Below, one piece after another: positions 32,223 through 41,381 of a stretch of DNA of 64,000 nt. Positions within the stretch are counted from its first letter, which is position 1. Each line of letters begins with the position of its first letter. Source of the stretch: Actinomycetota bacterium (GTDB lineage: Bacteria > Actinomycetota > Thermoleophilia > Gaiellales > Gaiellaceae); assembly GCA_046729795.1 (NCBI GenBank), contig JBKPHH010000010.1, positions 10,397-74,396 on the forward strand, written 5' to 3'. The notes beneath the pieces were generated by a model. That model searched no databases. It saw only the letters and a list, made by a program, of their open reading frames with translations, and had not been told where the DNA came from. A program made the translations under genes and the position numbers.

Positions 32223-32990
32223 ATGGCCGCGGAGAACGACAAGGTCCTGCTTCGCCGCTACCACGAGGAGGGAGATCTCCAGGCGCGGGAGCAGCTGATC
32301 GAGCAGTACATGTCCCTCGTGCGCTCGCTCGCGAGGCGCTACTCCTATCGGGGCGAGCAGCTCGACGATCTCGTCCAGATCGGGGCGATCGGCTTGATCA
32401 AGGCGATCGACCGCTTCGATCTCGACCGCGGCGTCGAGCTGACCACCTACGCGACACCGAACATCATCGGCGAGATCAAGCGGCACTTCCGCGATCGCGG
32501 CTGGTCGGTGCGCGTTCCGCGCGGGCTGCAGGAGCCGAACATCCAGCTCTCTCGCCTGATCGAGGAGCTCACGGTGCAGCACGGGCGTTCGCCGGCGATC
32601 GCCGAGCTCGCCAAGGCCGCCGAGGTCAGCGAGGAGGAGGTGCTCGAAGCGCTCGAGAGCGGCCGTGCCTACAGCTCGCTTTCGCTGTCGTCCGGCGGCT
32701 CCCAGGACGAGGAGGGCGATCTCGATCCGCTCGAGTCGCTCGGCACGGAGGAGCACGAATACGAGGTCTCCGAGGACCGCGCCGTGCTCGCTCCGGGCTT
32801 TCGCGTGCTCGACGAGCGGGAGCGCAAGATCCTGCACCTGCGCTTCTTCAAGGGCCTGACCCAGTCGCAGATCGCCCAGCATGTCGGAATCTCCCAGATG
32901 CACGTCTCTCGCCTGATCCGCCGCTCCCTCGAGAAAATCCGCGAGGAGATCACGGACGAGGAGCCCCCTGCGCGAGCCGCGCAGGGCTAG
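32223..32990 (+). CDS. SigB/SigF/SigG-family RNA polymerase sigma factor
   Basis: LDDLVQIGAIGLIKAIDRFD, TYATPNIIGEIKRHFRD, LTQSQIAQHVGISQMHVSRL. Confidence 0.9.
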   Translation: MAAENDKVLLRRYHEEGDLQAREQLIEQYMSLVRSLARRYSYRGEQLDDLVQIGAIGLIKAIDRFDLDRGVELTTYATPNIIGEIKRHFRDRGWSVRVPRGLQEPNIQLSRLIEELTVQHGRSPAIAELAKAAEVSEEEVLEALESGRAYSSLSLSSGGSQDEEGDLDPLESLGTEEHEYEVSEDRAVLAPGFRVLDERERKILHLRFFKGLTQSQIAQHVGISQMHVSRLIRRSLEKIREEITDEEPPARAAQG

Positions 32991-33004
32991 ACCGGGCTCG
33001 CGCC

Positions 33005-33010
33005 TAGAAT
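33005..33010 (+). promoter_or_regulatory. -10-like TAGAAT, 7 nt upstream of the alaS ATG
   Basis: gccTAGAATcgagaccATG, with no SD. Confidence 0.45.
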
Positions 33011-33017
33011 CGAGACC

Positions 33018-35525
33018 ATGCGCACGACCGCCGAGCTCCGCGAGGGGTTCCTTTTCTTCTTCGAGTCGAAGGGCCACAAGCGTCATCCGTCCGGCTCGCT
33101 CGTCCCGCCGGAGTGGGACCACTCGACGCTGCTCAACAGCGCGGGCATGCAGCCGCTGATGCCGTACTTCCTCGGGCGCGAGACGGCGCCCGCGCCGCTG
33201 CTCACGACCGTCCAGAAGGTCTTCCGCACGCCGGATATCGACGAGGTCGGGCTCGACACGTTCCATCTGACCTTCTTCGAGATGCTCGGCAACTTCTCGT
33301 TCGGCGAGTACTTCAAGGAAGGCGCGATCGACTTCGCATGGGAGTTCGTCTTCGACCACATGAACCTCGACCCCGACAAGTTCTGGGTCAGCGTCTTCGC
33401 GGGCGACCCCGAGCTCGGGCTCGGCGAGGACGAGGAAGCGGTCCGCCTCTGGGAGGCGAAGGGCCTTCCGCCCGAGCGCGTTGTCCGCCTCGACCGTTCG
33501 CACAATTTCTGGTCGGTCGGCGGCCCAGGCCCGTGCGGGCCCGACACCGAGCTCTTCTGCGACCGTGGCAAGGAGGTCGGCTGCCGCCGCCCCGATTGTG
33601 CTCCCGGCTGCGAGTGCGAGCGGTTCCTCGAGTTCTGGAACCTCGTCTTCATGGAGTACGAGCTACGCGAGGACGGTACGGTCACGCCGCTCCCCAAGCA
33701 GAACGTCGATACCGGGCTGGGCCTCGAGCGAGGCGCCGCCGTCCTCCAGGACGTGATCTCGGTCTACGAGACCGACGGCTACCAGGCGATCATGAACTGG
33801 ATCGCGGGCGAGAGCGGCGTCGCGTTCGACGAGTCGGCGAAGGCGACGAAGGCGCACCGCATCCTGGCCGACCACGGCCGCGGGATGACGTTCCTCGTCG
33901 GGGACGGGGTGCTGCCGTCCAACGAAGGCCGCGGCTACGTCCTGCGGCGAGTCATCCGGCGCGCGGTGCAGCAGGCACGCGCGATCGGCCTGGATGATCT
34001 CTGGCGGATCTCCGAGATCGTCGTCGATCAGATGGCGCGCTGGTATCCCGAGCTGGAGGAGAACCGCGACCGGATCCGCGAGACGCTGAAGGCCGAGGAA
34101 GAACGCTTCTCGCAGACCTTGGAGCGCGGTATGGGACTCTTCGAGGAGGTCGCAAGTGCAGGTGCGATCTCGGGGGAGGACGCGTTCAAGCTCCACGACA
34201 CCTACGGCTTTCCGCTCGAGCTCACCCGCGAGCTCGCGCGCGAGCGGGGGCTTGCAGTCGACGAGGAGGAGTTTTCGCGGCGGATGGCCGAGCAGCGCGA
34301 GCGGTCCCGGCAGGCCGCCGCGTTCGAGGCCGAGATCCAGGTGAGCGGGCCCCCCACCCAGTTCGTCGGCTACGAGCGGAGCGACGTGCGGACGGCGATC
34401 ACCGCGTACGCGGACCTCGGCGACGGCACCTTCCAGGCGAAGCTCGAGCAATCGCCCTTCTACCCCGAAGGCGGCGGCCAGGACTCCGACACCGGCTACA
34501 TCGAGAACGAAGCCGGTGCGCGAGCCGAGCTGGTCGCCGCGACCCGGCTGGGTCGTGAGGACCAGGTGCTCACCTTCAGGGGCGAAGGTTTCAAGGAGGG
34601 TGACCGTGTTCACGCCGTCGTCCCGTGGTCGGTCCGTTTTCCGACGATGACGAACCACACGGCGACGCACCTGCTGCACAAGGCGCTGCAGGTCGTGCTC
34701 GGCGACCACGTCCGTCAGGCTGGATCCGCCGTGCGGCCGGACAAGCTCCGCTTCGACTTCACCCACGGACAGGCGGTGACGCCGGAGCAGCGCGCGGAGA
34801 TCGAGGAGCTCGTCAACGAGAAGATCTTCGAAAACCATCCCGTCCGGGCGTACATCACGCCGATCGAGGAGGCGCGCAAGCTCGGCGCGATGATGCTCTT
34901 CGGCGAGAAGTACGGCGACGAGGTTCGCGTCGTCGAGATCGACGACTTCTCGCGAGAGCTGTGCGGAGGCACGCACGTGCGCTCGACGGCGGAGATCGGT
35001 CCGTTCACGATCCTCTCCGAGGCGTCCGTCGGAGCGGGGACGCGGCGGATCGAGGCGCTCACATCCGGCGAGGCGTTCGCCCTCCTGCGCGCCCGCACGC
35101 ACGAGGCGGACGAGCTCCGTGAGGAGCTCGCGAAGGAGCGCAAGGCCGCGGCGAAGAAGACTGCAACCGCCGAGGCCGACATCACGTACCGTGACGAGGC
35201 GGGTGGGATCGTCGTCGCCGAGGTCAAGTCGATGAAGGGGTCTGAGCTCAGAGATCTGTCCGATCGGATCCGCCAGTCGAAGAACGCGACTGCGGTCCTG
35301 CTCGGATCCGTCGACGACGGCCGGGCCTACCTCGTGGTGAACATCGACGACTCGCTGGTCGAGAAGGGTGTCGACGCGGTCGCGGTCGCCCGCGAGGCGG
35401 CGAAGAAGATCGGCGGCGGCGGCGGAGGCCGGCCGAGCCTGGCGGAGGCGGGAGGCAAGAATCCCGAGGGCCTTGCCGAAGCCTATGAGGTCGGGAAGAG
35501 CGAGATCGCCTCTGCGCTTTCGTGA
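33018..35525 (+). CDS. alaS: alanine--tRNA ligase
   Basis: FFFESKGHKRHPS, FEMLGNFSFGEYFK, editing-site HTATHLLH...CGGTH. 835 aa. Confidence 0.95.
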   Translation: MRTTAELREGFLFFFESKGHKRHPSGSLVPPEWDHSTLLNSAGMQPLMPYFLGRETAPAPLLTTVQKVFRTPDIDEVGLDTFHLTFFEMLGNFSFGEYFKEGAIDFAWEFVFDHMNLDPDKFWVSVFAGDPELGLGEDEEAVRLWEAKGLPPERVVRLDRSHNFWSVGGPGPCGPDTELFCDRGKEVGCRRPDCAPGCECERFLEFWNLVFMEYELREDGTVTPLPKQNVDTGLGLERGAAVLQDVISVYETDGYQAIMNWIAGESGVAFDESAKATKAHRILADHGRGMTFLVGDGVLPSNEGRGYVLRRVIRRAVQQARAIGLDDLWRISEIVVDQMARWYPELEENRDRIRETLKAEEERFSQTLERGMGLFEEVASAGAISGEDAFKLHDTYGFPLELTRELARERGLAVDEEEFSRRMAEQRERSRQAAAFEAEIQVSGPPTQFVGYERSDVRTAITAYADLGDGTFQAKLEQSPFYPEGGGQDSDTGYIENEAGARAELVAATRLGREDQVLTFRGEGFKEGDRVHAVVPWSVRFPTMTNHTATHLLHKALQVVLGDHVRQAGSAVRPDKLRFDFTHGQAVTPEQRAEIEELVNEKIFENHPVRAYITPIEEARKLGAMMLFGEKYGDEVRVVEIDDFSRELCGGTHVRSTAEIGPFTILSEASVGAGTRRIEALTSGEAFALLRARTHEADELREELAKERKAAAKKTATAEADITYRDEAGGIVVAEVKSMKGSELRDLSDRIRQSKNATAVLLGSVDDGRAYLVVNIDDSLVEKGVDAVAVAREAAKKIGGGGGGRPSLAEAGGKNPEGLAEAYEVGKSEIASALS

Positions 35526-35920
35526 GGGTGCTGGCGCTCGATTACGGATCGGCGAGGACGGGAGTCGCGGTCTCTGATTCGACCGGCACGATCGCTCGTC
35601 CCATCGGTGTCGTCGAGCGGGCGGCAACCGAGGACGGCCTTGCTCGCCTAACCGAGCTCGTTCGGGAGCACGAGCCGGAGCGGATCGTGGTCGGCCTTCC
35701 GCTCACGATGCGGGGCGAGCGCGGCGAGCAGGTCGAGGAGACCGAGCAGTTCGTCGAGGCTCTGCGGGCCGTCGTGGCCGTACCCGTAGAGAGCTTCGAC
35801 GAGCGATTCACTTCCGATCTGGCCGAGCGTGACCAAGCCGCGGCCGCGCCCGAGGACGCGCGGGCGGCCGCCCATCTGCTGACGAGCTATCTGGCGTGGT
35901 CGAGCAGCGGCGCGGAATGA
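35522..35920 (+). CDS. ruvX: Holliday junction resolvase-like RuvX (YqgF)
   Basis: MRVLALDYGSARTGVAVSD. 132 aa. Canonical position after alaS. Confidence 0.9.
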   Translation: MRVLALDYGSARTGVAVSDSTGTIARPIGVVERAATEDGLARLTELVREHEPERIVVGLPLTMRGERGEQVEETEQFVEALRAVVAVPVESFDERFTSDLAERDQAAAAPEDARAAAHLLTSYLAWSSSGAE

Positions 35921-36807
35921 TCCCGCCGCAGCCGCGCCGGCCCGAGCGGCGGCGTCCTCCACGCGGCGTGGTGCTCAGACGGCGGCTCCTGGCGCTCGGG
36001 CTGTTCGCTGCGGCGATCGTCGCCGCCGGCTTCGCGATCGCTTCTGTCGGGGGAGACGACAAGTCGAAACCCGCGACGACTGCGACCGTGGCGCCGACCT
36101 TCAAGATCATCTTCCCGGAGGGGTTCACGCGCCGCGAGATGGCCGAGCGGATTAGCGCCGTCGACAAGATCGCCGAGGACGAGCGCGGCGTCAGGCCTCG
36201 GTTGACGGCGCAGGCGTATCTGCGGGCCACGCGTCGCGTTCGGCCCCGGGCGGGCTTCGGCCGGGTCCGGCCGGCCGAAGGCTTTCTCTTCCCGGCGACG
36301 TTCGAGTTCGCGAAGGACACGACGTCCGCGCAGCTCGCCGCCGAGCAACTCGACGCCTTCCGCAAGAACTGGGCGAAGGTCGACCTGCGCTACACGCGGT
36401 CGAAGAACCTCACGCCCTACGACGTCCTCATCATCGCCTCGATGGTCGAGAAGGAAGCAGCGGCGCCGGAGGAGCGGGGCAAGATCGCGCGGGTCATCTA
36501 CAACCGGCTTCATCACGGGATGGTGCTCGGGATCGACGCCACGATCCGCTACGGACTCGGTGTCCCGGCGACCCAGTCGCTGCGCGAATCCCAGCTGAAC
36601 ATGATCCACCCGTACAACACCCGCCGCGTCGCGGGCCTCACGCCGACGCCGATCGCGAATCCCGGCCTTGCTTCGATCCAGGCGGCCGCGCATCCGGAGC
36701 CGGGGGATTGGCTCTTCTTCGTCCGCAAGCCGGACAAGCTGCACCACTTCTTCACCGCGAGCGAGCGCGAGTTCGAGAACTACAAGAAGGCGCACGGCTA
36801 CAAGTGA
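35917..36807 (+). CDS. mltG: endolytic murein transglycosylase MltG (YceG family)
   Basis: ATGA overlap with ruvX. TM anchor, then ASMVEKEAAAPEERGKIARVIYNRL...LGIDATIRYG. Confidence 0.9.
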   Translation: MIPPQPRRPERRRPPRGVVLRRRLLALGLFAAAIVAAGFAIASVGGDDKSKPATTATVAPTFKIIFPEGFTRREMAERISAVDKIAEDERGVRPRLTAQAYLRATRRVRPRAGFGRVRPAEGFLFPATFEFAKDTTSAQLAAEQLDAFRKNWAKVDLRYTRSKNLTPYDVLIIASMVEKEAAAPEERGKIARVIYNRLHHGMVLGIDATIRYGLGVPATQSLRESQLNMIHPYNTRRVAGLTPTPIANPGLASIQAAAHPEPGDWLFFVRKPDKLHHFFTASEREFENYKKAHGYK

Positions 36808-37493
36808 ATCTCGTCGGCCTGCTGGGCCGGCCCGTGGCCGACTCACTCTCGCCACGGATGCAGAACGCCGCCTTCGCGGCGCGGGCGCTCGACTGGGTCT
36901 ACGTCGCCATGGAGGTCGAGCGACTCGAGCCTGCGGTCGCCGGTCTCGTCGCGCTCGGCTTCAACGGGGCCAACGTGACTACCCCGCACAAGCAGGCGGC
37001 GGCAAAGCTCTGCGACGAGGCCGACGGCGACGCCGTCAACCCGCTCGTGATCCGCGTGGGGCGCGTGTTCGGCTTCAACACCGATCGGAAGATCGTTGAG
37101 GGGATCGAGGCCGAGCGGGTCTGCCTGATCGGCGCGGGCGGCGCGGCGGCGGCTTTGCTTCCGGCTCTGCCCGGCGAGCTGAGGGCCTATTCGCGCAAAG
37201 GGGAGTGGCCGCCGGATGCGAGCGAAGCCGACCTGATCGTGAACGCGACGCCCGTGCGCGACGAGCTGCTGGTCGAGCCTCGCGCCGGCCAGACGGTGGT
37301 CGACCTCGCGTACTACGCCGACGGCCGCCCGACGGCGCTCGTCGAGGCGGCGCGCGCGGCAGGCTGTGAGGTGATCGACGGTCTCGAGGCGCTGGTCCGC
37401 CAAGGAGCCGCCTCCTTCGAGCTCTGGACCGGTGTCGAACCGCCCGTCGACGTCATGCGAGCCGCCGTCAGGCCCGAATTACGCTTCGCGTGA
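36804..37493 (+). CDS. aroE: shikimate dehydrogenase (compact form)
   Basis: GTGA overlap with mlt[41 protein letters not shown]. Confidence 0.85.
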   Translation: MNLVGLLGRPVADSLSPRMQNAAFAARALDWVYVAMEVERLEPAVAGLVALGFNGANVTTPHKQAAAKLCDEADGDAVNPLVIRVGRVFGFNTDRKIVEGIEAERVCLIGAGGAAAALLPALPGELRAYSRKGEWPPDASEADLIVNATPVRDELLVEPRAGQTVVDLAYYADGRPTALVEAARAAGCEVIDGLEALVRQGAASFELWTGVEPPVDVMRAAVRPELRFA

Positions 37494-38572
37494 TGAGGCT
37501 CGAACTTTTTACCGCGGGCGAGTCGCATGGTCCGGCCCTCGTCGCGATCGTGACCGGCCTGCCTGCGGGGCTCGTGCTCGACCGCGAGGCGATCAACGCC
37601 GACCTGCGCCGCCGCCAGCAGGGGTACGGGCGGAGCCCGCGTCAAAAGATCGAGACCGACGAGGTCGAGGTGCTCGCCGGGCTGCGTCACGGACGAACGC
37701 TTGGCTCGCCGCTCGCGCTGGTCGTCCGGAACCGAGACCACGAGAACTGGGCGTGGGGCATGAGCCCATGGCCGCCCGAGGGCAAGCCTCAGGGGAAAGG
37801 CTCGAAACCCGTGACGTTGCCGCGGCCGGGGCACGCCGACCTCGCGGGCTTTATGAAGTTCGGCCTGGACGACGTTCGGGACACGCTCGAGCGCGCTAGT
37901 GCGCGGCAGACCGCCGCGGCCGTCGCCGCCGGGGCCGTCGCCAAGGCGCTGCTCCGGGAGCTCGGCGTCGAGGTCGAGGGCCGGGTCGTGACCGAGGATC
38001 TCGAAGCGCGAATCGACGAGGCCAGGGGTGAACGCGACACGGTCGGCGGCGTGGTCGAGGTTCGCGCGCAGGCTGTGCCGCCCGGGCTCGGCTCGTACGC
38101 CACGAAGGAGCAGCGGCTGGACGCCCGCCTTGCCGCGGCGTTGATGGGGATCCAGGCCGTGAAAGGTGTCGAGATCGGCGGTGGGTTCGAGCTCGCGGAG
38201 CTGCGCGGCTCGGAGGCCCACGACGAGATCCTGCGGGACGAGCGAGGGCTCTACCGGGAGACGAATCGCGCCGGTGGGATCGAAGGCGGCATGTCGAACG
38301 GCGAGGAGATCGTCGTCCGCGCGGCGATGAAGCCGCTGCCCACGTTGATGCGTCCGCTCGCGTCGGTCGATCTCGAAACCGGCGAGCCCGGTGAGGCGCT
38401 CGTCGAGCGAAGCGACGTCGCGGCAGTGGAGGCGCTTGCCGTCGTCGCAGAGGCTGCCGTGGCCTTCGAGCTCGCGCGAGCGGCGCGCGAGAAGTTCGGC
38501 GGCGACGCCGTCGGCGACTTCGTGGCCGCCCACCGCGCCTATCTGGAGCGGATCGACTGGGCCCCGCGCTAG
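37490..38572 (+). CDS. aroC: chorismate synthase
   Basis: [40 protein letters not shown]. Confidence 0.95.
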   Translation: MMRLELFTAGESHGPALVAIVTGLPAGLVLDREAINADLRRRQQGYGRSPRQKIETDEVEVLAGLRHGRTLGSPLALVVRNRDHENWAWGMSPWPPEGKPQGKGSKPVTLPRPGHADLAGFMKFGLDDVRDTLERASARQTAAAVAAGAVAKALLRELGVEVEGRVVTEDLEARIDEARGERDTVGGVVEVRAQAVPPGLGSYATKEQRLDARLAAALMGIQAVKGVEIGGGFELAELRGSEAHDEILRDERGLYRETNRAGGIEGGMSNGEEIVVRAAMKPLPTLMRPLASVDLETGEPGEALVERSDVAAVEALAVVAEAAVAFELARAAREKFGGDAVGDFVAAHRAYLERIDWAPR

Positions 38573-39909
38573 ACAAGCACGTCGCGCTCATCGGCTTCAT
38601 GGGCGCCGGGAAGTCGACGCTCGGGCAGGACGTCGCCGGCCGCCTGGATCGCCCCTTCGTCGACACGGATTCGCTCGTCGAACAGGAGGGCCCGATACCC
38701 GAGCTCTTCGAGCGGGGTGTCTTCAGGGAGGTCGAAGAGCGCGCGGTATTCTCGGCGCTCGACGGATCCCCGAGCGTGATCGCGCTTGGCGGCGGCGCCG
38801 TCGAGACCCCCTCGATCCGCGAGGCGCTCGCGAAGCAGGCTGTGACCGTTCTCGTCGAGATTGATCCCGACGCGGCGTGGGCGCGTGTGAGCGGTAGCGA
38901 CCGTCCGCTTGCCCAGGACGAGACCGACTTCCGGCGCCTGTACGAGCAGCGGCAGCCGCTCTACGCCGAGGTCGCCGAGGGCCTCGCTCAGGACGCAGAC
39001 GACGTCATCCTGGCCGCAGGGGCCGTGTCCAGGGGTCTGACCCCGCGAGAGGGGCCGTTCGAGCTCGTTGCCGACGGGCACGTCCTCACGCTGCACGACC
39101 CGCCCGTCGACGACGCGCCGAGGCACACGCTGCCTCGTGGAGAGGAGGCGAAGACGCTCGCTTCGGTCAAGCGGCTCTGGCGCGAGCTCCGGCTCGATCG
39201 CGCCGGCACGGTCGTTGCCTTCGGCGGCGGCTCGATCACCGACGTAGCCGGCTTCGTCGCGGCGACCTATCTCCGCGGGATCGACTGGATCGCCGTGCCG
39301 ACGACCCTTGTCGGACAGGTGGACGCGGCCATCGGCGGCAAGACCGCGATCAACCTGCTTGAGGGCAAGAACCTCGTCGGCGCATTCCACTGGCCGGTCG
39401 AGACAGTGCTCGACCCTTCACTGCTCGAGACCTTGCCGGAGGCCGAGCGAAGAGCCGGGATGGCAGAGGTCGTCAAGACGGGGCTGCTCGCCGGAGAGCC
39501 GCTCTGGGAGTTGCCCGACGCAGAGCTCGTGCGGCGGTGCGCCGCCTACAAGACGGCGATCTGTCTGCGCGATCCCCATGACCGCGGCCCCCGGCGCGTG
39601 CTCAATCTCGGACATACGTTCGCGCACGCGCTCGAGACTGCAAGCGGCTACTCACTGCCGCACGGCGAGGCGGTCGCACTCGGGCTCCTTGCTGCGCTCA
39701 GGCTGTCCGGCCAGGCGACAGACGCAGTCGACGAGATCCTCCGCCCGCGGCCCGTCGAGGTCGACGTGGAAACCGCATGGGCAGCGCTCAAGCGCGACAA
39801 GAAAGGGGAGGGTGTCTTCGTCCTGCTCGAGGCGCCCGGCAAGCCGGTCGTGACGACGGTGCCGGACGGGGACGCGCGCCGCGCCCTCGGCGAGCTGATC
39901 GCAAACTAG
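38557..39909 (+). CDS. aroB: bifunctional shikimate kinase / 3-dehydroquinate synthase (AroK-AroB fusion)
   Basis: ORF track starts at ATG 38599 (MGAGKST), but the P-loop strand [13 protein letters not shown] begins upstream. The only in-frame candidate start is CTG 38557. AroB part: [47 protein letters not shown]. Confidence 0.85.
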   Translation: MGPALDKHVALIGFMGAGKSTLGQDVAGRLDRPFVDTDSLVEQEGPIPELFERGVFREVEERAVFSALDGSPSVIALGGGAVETPSIREALAKQAVTVLVEIDPDAAWARVSGSDRPLAQDETDFRRLYEQRQPLYAEVAEGLAQDADDVILAAGAVSRGLTPREGPFELVADGHVLTLHDPPVDDAPRHTLPRGEEAKTLASVKRLWRELRLDRAGTVVAFGGGSITDVAGFVAATYLRGIDWIAVPTTLVGQVDAAIGGKTAINLLEGKNLVGAFHWPVETVLDPSLLETLPEAERRAGMAEVVKTGLLAGEPLWELPDAELVRRCAAYKTAICLRDPHDRGPRRVLNLGHTFAHALETASGYSLPHGEAVALGLLAALRLSGQATDAVDEILRPRPVEVDVETAWAALKRDKKGEGVFVLLEAPGKPVVTTVPDGDARRALGELIAN

Positions 39910-39918
39910 AGTCCCCTC

Positions 39919-40347
39919 GTGCGCGTCGTCGTCCTCAACGGCGTCAACCTCGATGTCGTCGGCCTTCGCGATCCGCAGCTCTACGGTGGGCTCAGCCTCG
40001 GCCAGCTCGAGTCGCGCATCTACGACTGGGCAAGGGAGCTGGAGCTGAACGCGGACTGCCGGCAGACGAACAGCGAGGGCGAGTACGTGAACTGGTGTCA
40101 CGACGCACTCGAGTGGGCCGACGGCGTCGTCGTCAACCCCGGCGCGTGGACGCACTACAGCTATGCGATTCGCGATGCGCTCGAACTGTTCGAAGCTCCG
40201 GTCGTCGAGGTCCATCTCTCGAACGTGAACGAGCGAGAGGAATGGCGCCGCCACTCGGTGATCGCCGAGCTCGCCGCGAAGCGCATCATCGGCAAGGGGC
40301 CCGACGGCTATCGCGAGGCGCTCGAGTTCCTGGCGGCGCGCCGATGA
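39919..40347 (+). CDS. aroQ: type II 3-dehydroquinate dehydratase
   Basis: VVVLNGVNLDVVGLRDPQLYG, QTNSEGE, INPGAWTHYSYAIRDA-like segment. Confidence 0.9.
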   Translation: MRVVVLNGVNLDVVGLRDPQLYGGLSLGQLESRIYDWARELELNADCRQTNSEGEYVNWCHDALEWADGVVVNPGAWTHYSYAIRDALELFEAPVVEVHLSNVNEREEWRRHSVIAELAAKRIIGKGPDGYREALEFLAARR

Positions 40348-41381
40348 AGGAGCGCGTCGACCGGTTGCGCCCGTCGCTCGAGGAACCGTTCCTCGTCACG
40401 AACCCGACCAACGTCTACTACCTGACGGGCTTTCACAGCTCGAACGCCGCGCTGCTGGTCGACGAGCAGCGGGTCTGTCTCTTCACCGACTTCCGGTACG
40501 CGGAGCGGGCGAGGGAGGTCGAGGACGTGGAGTTCACCGAGACGCCGCGGTCCCTCTACAAAGAGCTGCCCGAGCTCCTCTCCGGCCGAATCGGCTTCGA
40601 GCCCGCGCATCTCACGTACGCGAACCACCAGACTCTCAACGTAGGCGGCATCGAGCTCGTCCCGCGCCCCGGCCTCGTCGAGGCGCTGCGGACAGTAAAG
40701 GACGAGGACGAGCTCGAGCGGATTCGTCGCGCGGCGCGGATCACCGACCAGGCGTACGAGCGGCTGGCCGAGGAGCCCTTCATCGGGCGGACGGAGAGCG
40801 AGCTCGCATGGCGGATGCAGGAGCTGTTCCACGAACTCGGCGCCGAAGAGCCCGCATTTCCCTCGGTCGTCGCGACGGGACCCAACGGGTCGCGACCACA
40901 TGCGGAGCCCGGCGAACGGCGAATCGAGCAAGGGCAGCTCGTCGTGGTCGACGCAGGCGCCAAGGTCGACTCGTACTGCTCCGACTGCACGCGCACGTTC
41001 TCGACCGGGGAGCTGCCGGACGAGCTCTGTCGCGCCTACCACGTTTGCCTGGACGGGCAACAAAAAGGTGTCGAGGCCACACGGGCCGGATCCGAGGCGA
41101 CGGCAGTCGACGCGGCCGCGCGCGACGTGATCGCCGAGGCCGGCTTCGGCGACAACTTCCGTCACGGGCTCGGGCACGGGGTGGGCCTGAACGTCCACGA
41201 GGCGCCGAGGGTGGCGGTCGATTCGGTGGACACGCTCGCCGCCGGAAATGTGGTCACCGTCGAGCCGGGGATCTACCTCGAGGGCCTCGGCGGCGTGCGC
41301 ATCGAGGACCTCGTGTTCGTCACCGACGAAGGCCCCGAGGTGCTGAGTTCGTTCACGAAGGAGCTCGTGGAGGTTTCGTGA
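40344..41381 (+). CDS. M24 family Xaa-Pro aminopeptidase
   Basis: In ORF 39777..41381 from ATG 40344 (ATGA overlap with aroQ). VVDAGAKVDSYCSDCTRTF, HGLGHGVGLNVHE, VEPGIY, IED. Confidence 0.9.
   Translation: MKERVDRLRPSLEEPFLVTNPTNVYYLTGFHSSNAALLVDEQRVCLFTDFRYAERAREVEDVEFTETPRSLYKELPELLSGRIGFEPAHLTYANHQTLNVGGIELVPRPGLVEALRTVKDEDELERIRRAARITDQAYERLAEEPFIGRTESELAWRMQELFHELGAEEPAFPSVVATGPNGSRPHAEPGERRIEQGQLVVVDAGAKVDSYCSDCTRTFSTGELPDELCRAYHVCLDGQQKGVEATRAGSEATAVDAAARDVIAEAGFGDNFRHGLGHGVGLNVHEAPRVAVDSVDTLAAGNVVTVEPGIYLEGLGGVRIEDLVFVTDEGPEVLSSFTKELVEVS

Noticed and set aside
33663-35627. 654-aa ORF antisense to alaS. The same type occurs at 31731..33503, 20877..22640, 37313..38533, 17484..18500, 18161..19198, 51637..53037, 52439..53854, 53697..55043, 58438..59619 and 60304..61371.
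   Set aside because: All lie opposite genes with unambiguous family motifs. All give low-complexity Arg/Ala/Gly/Pro-rich products without recognisable domains. These are GC-bias shadow ORFs.
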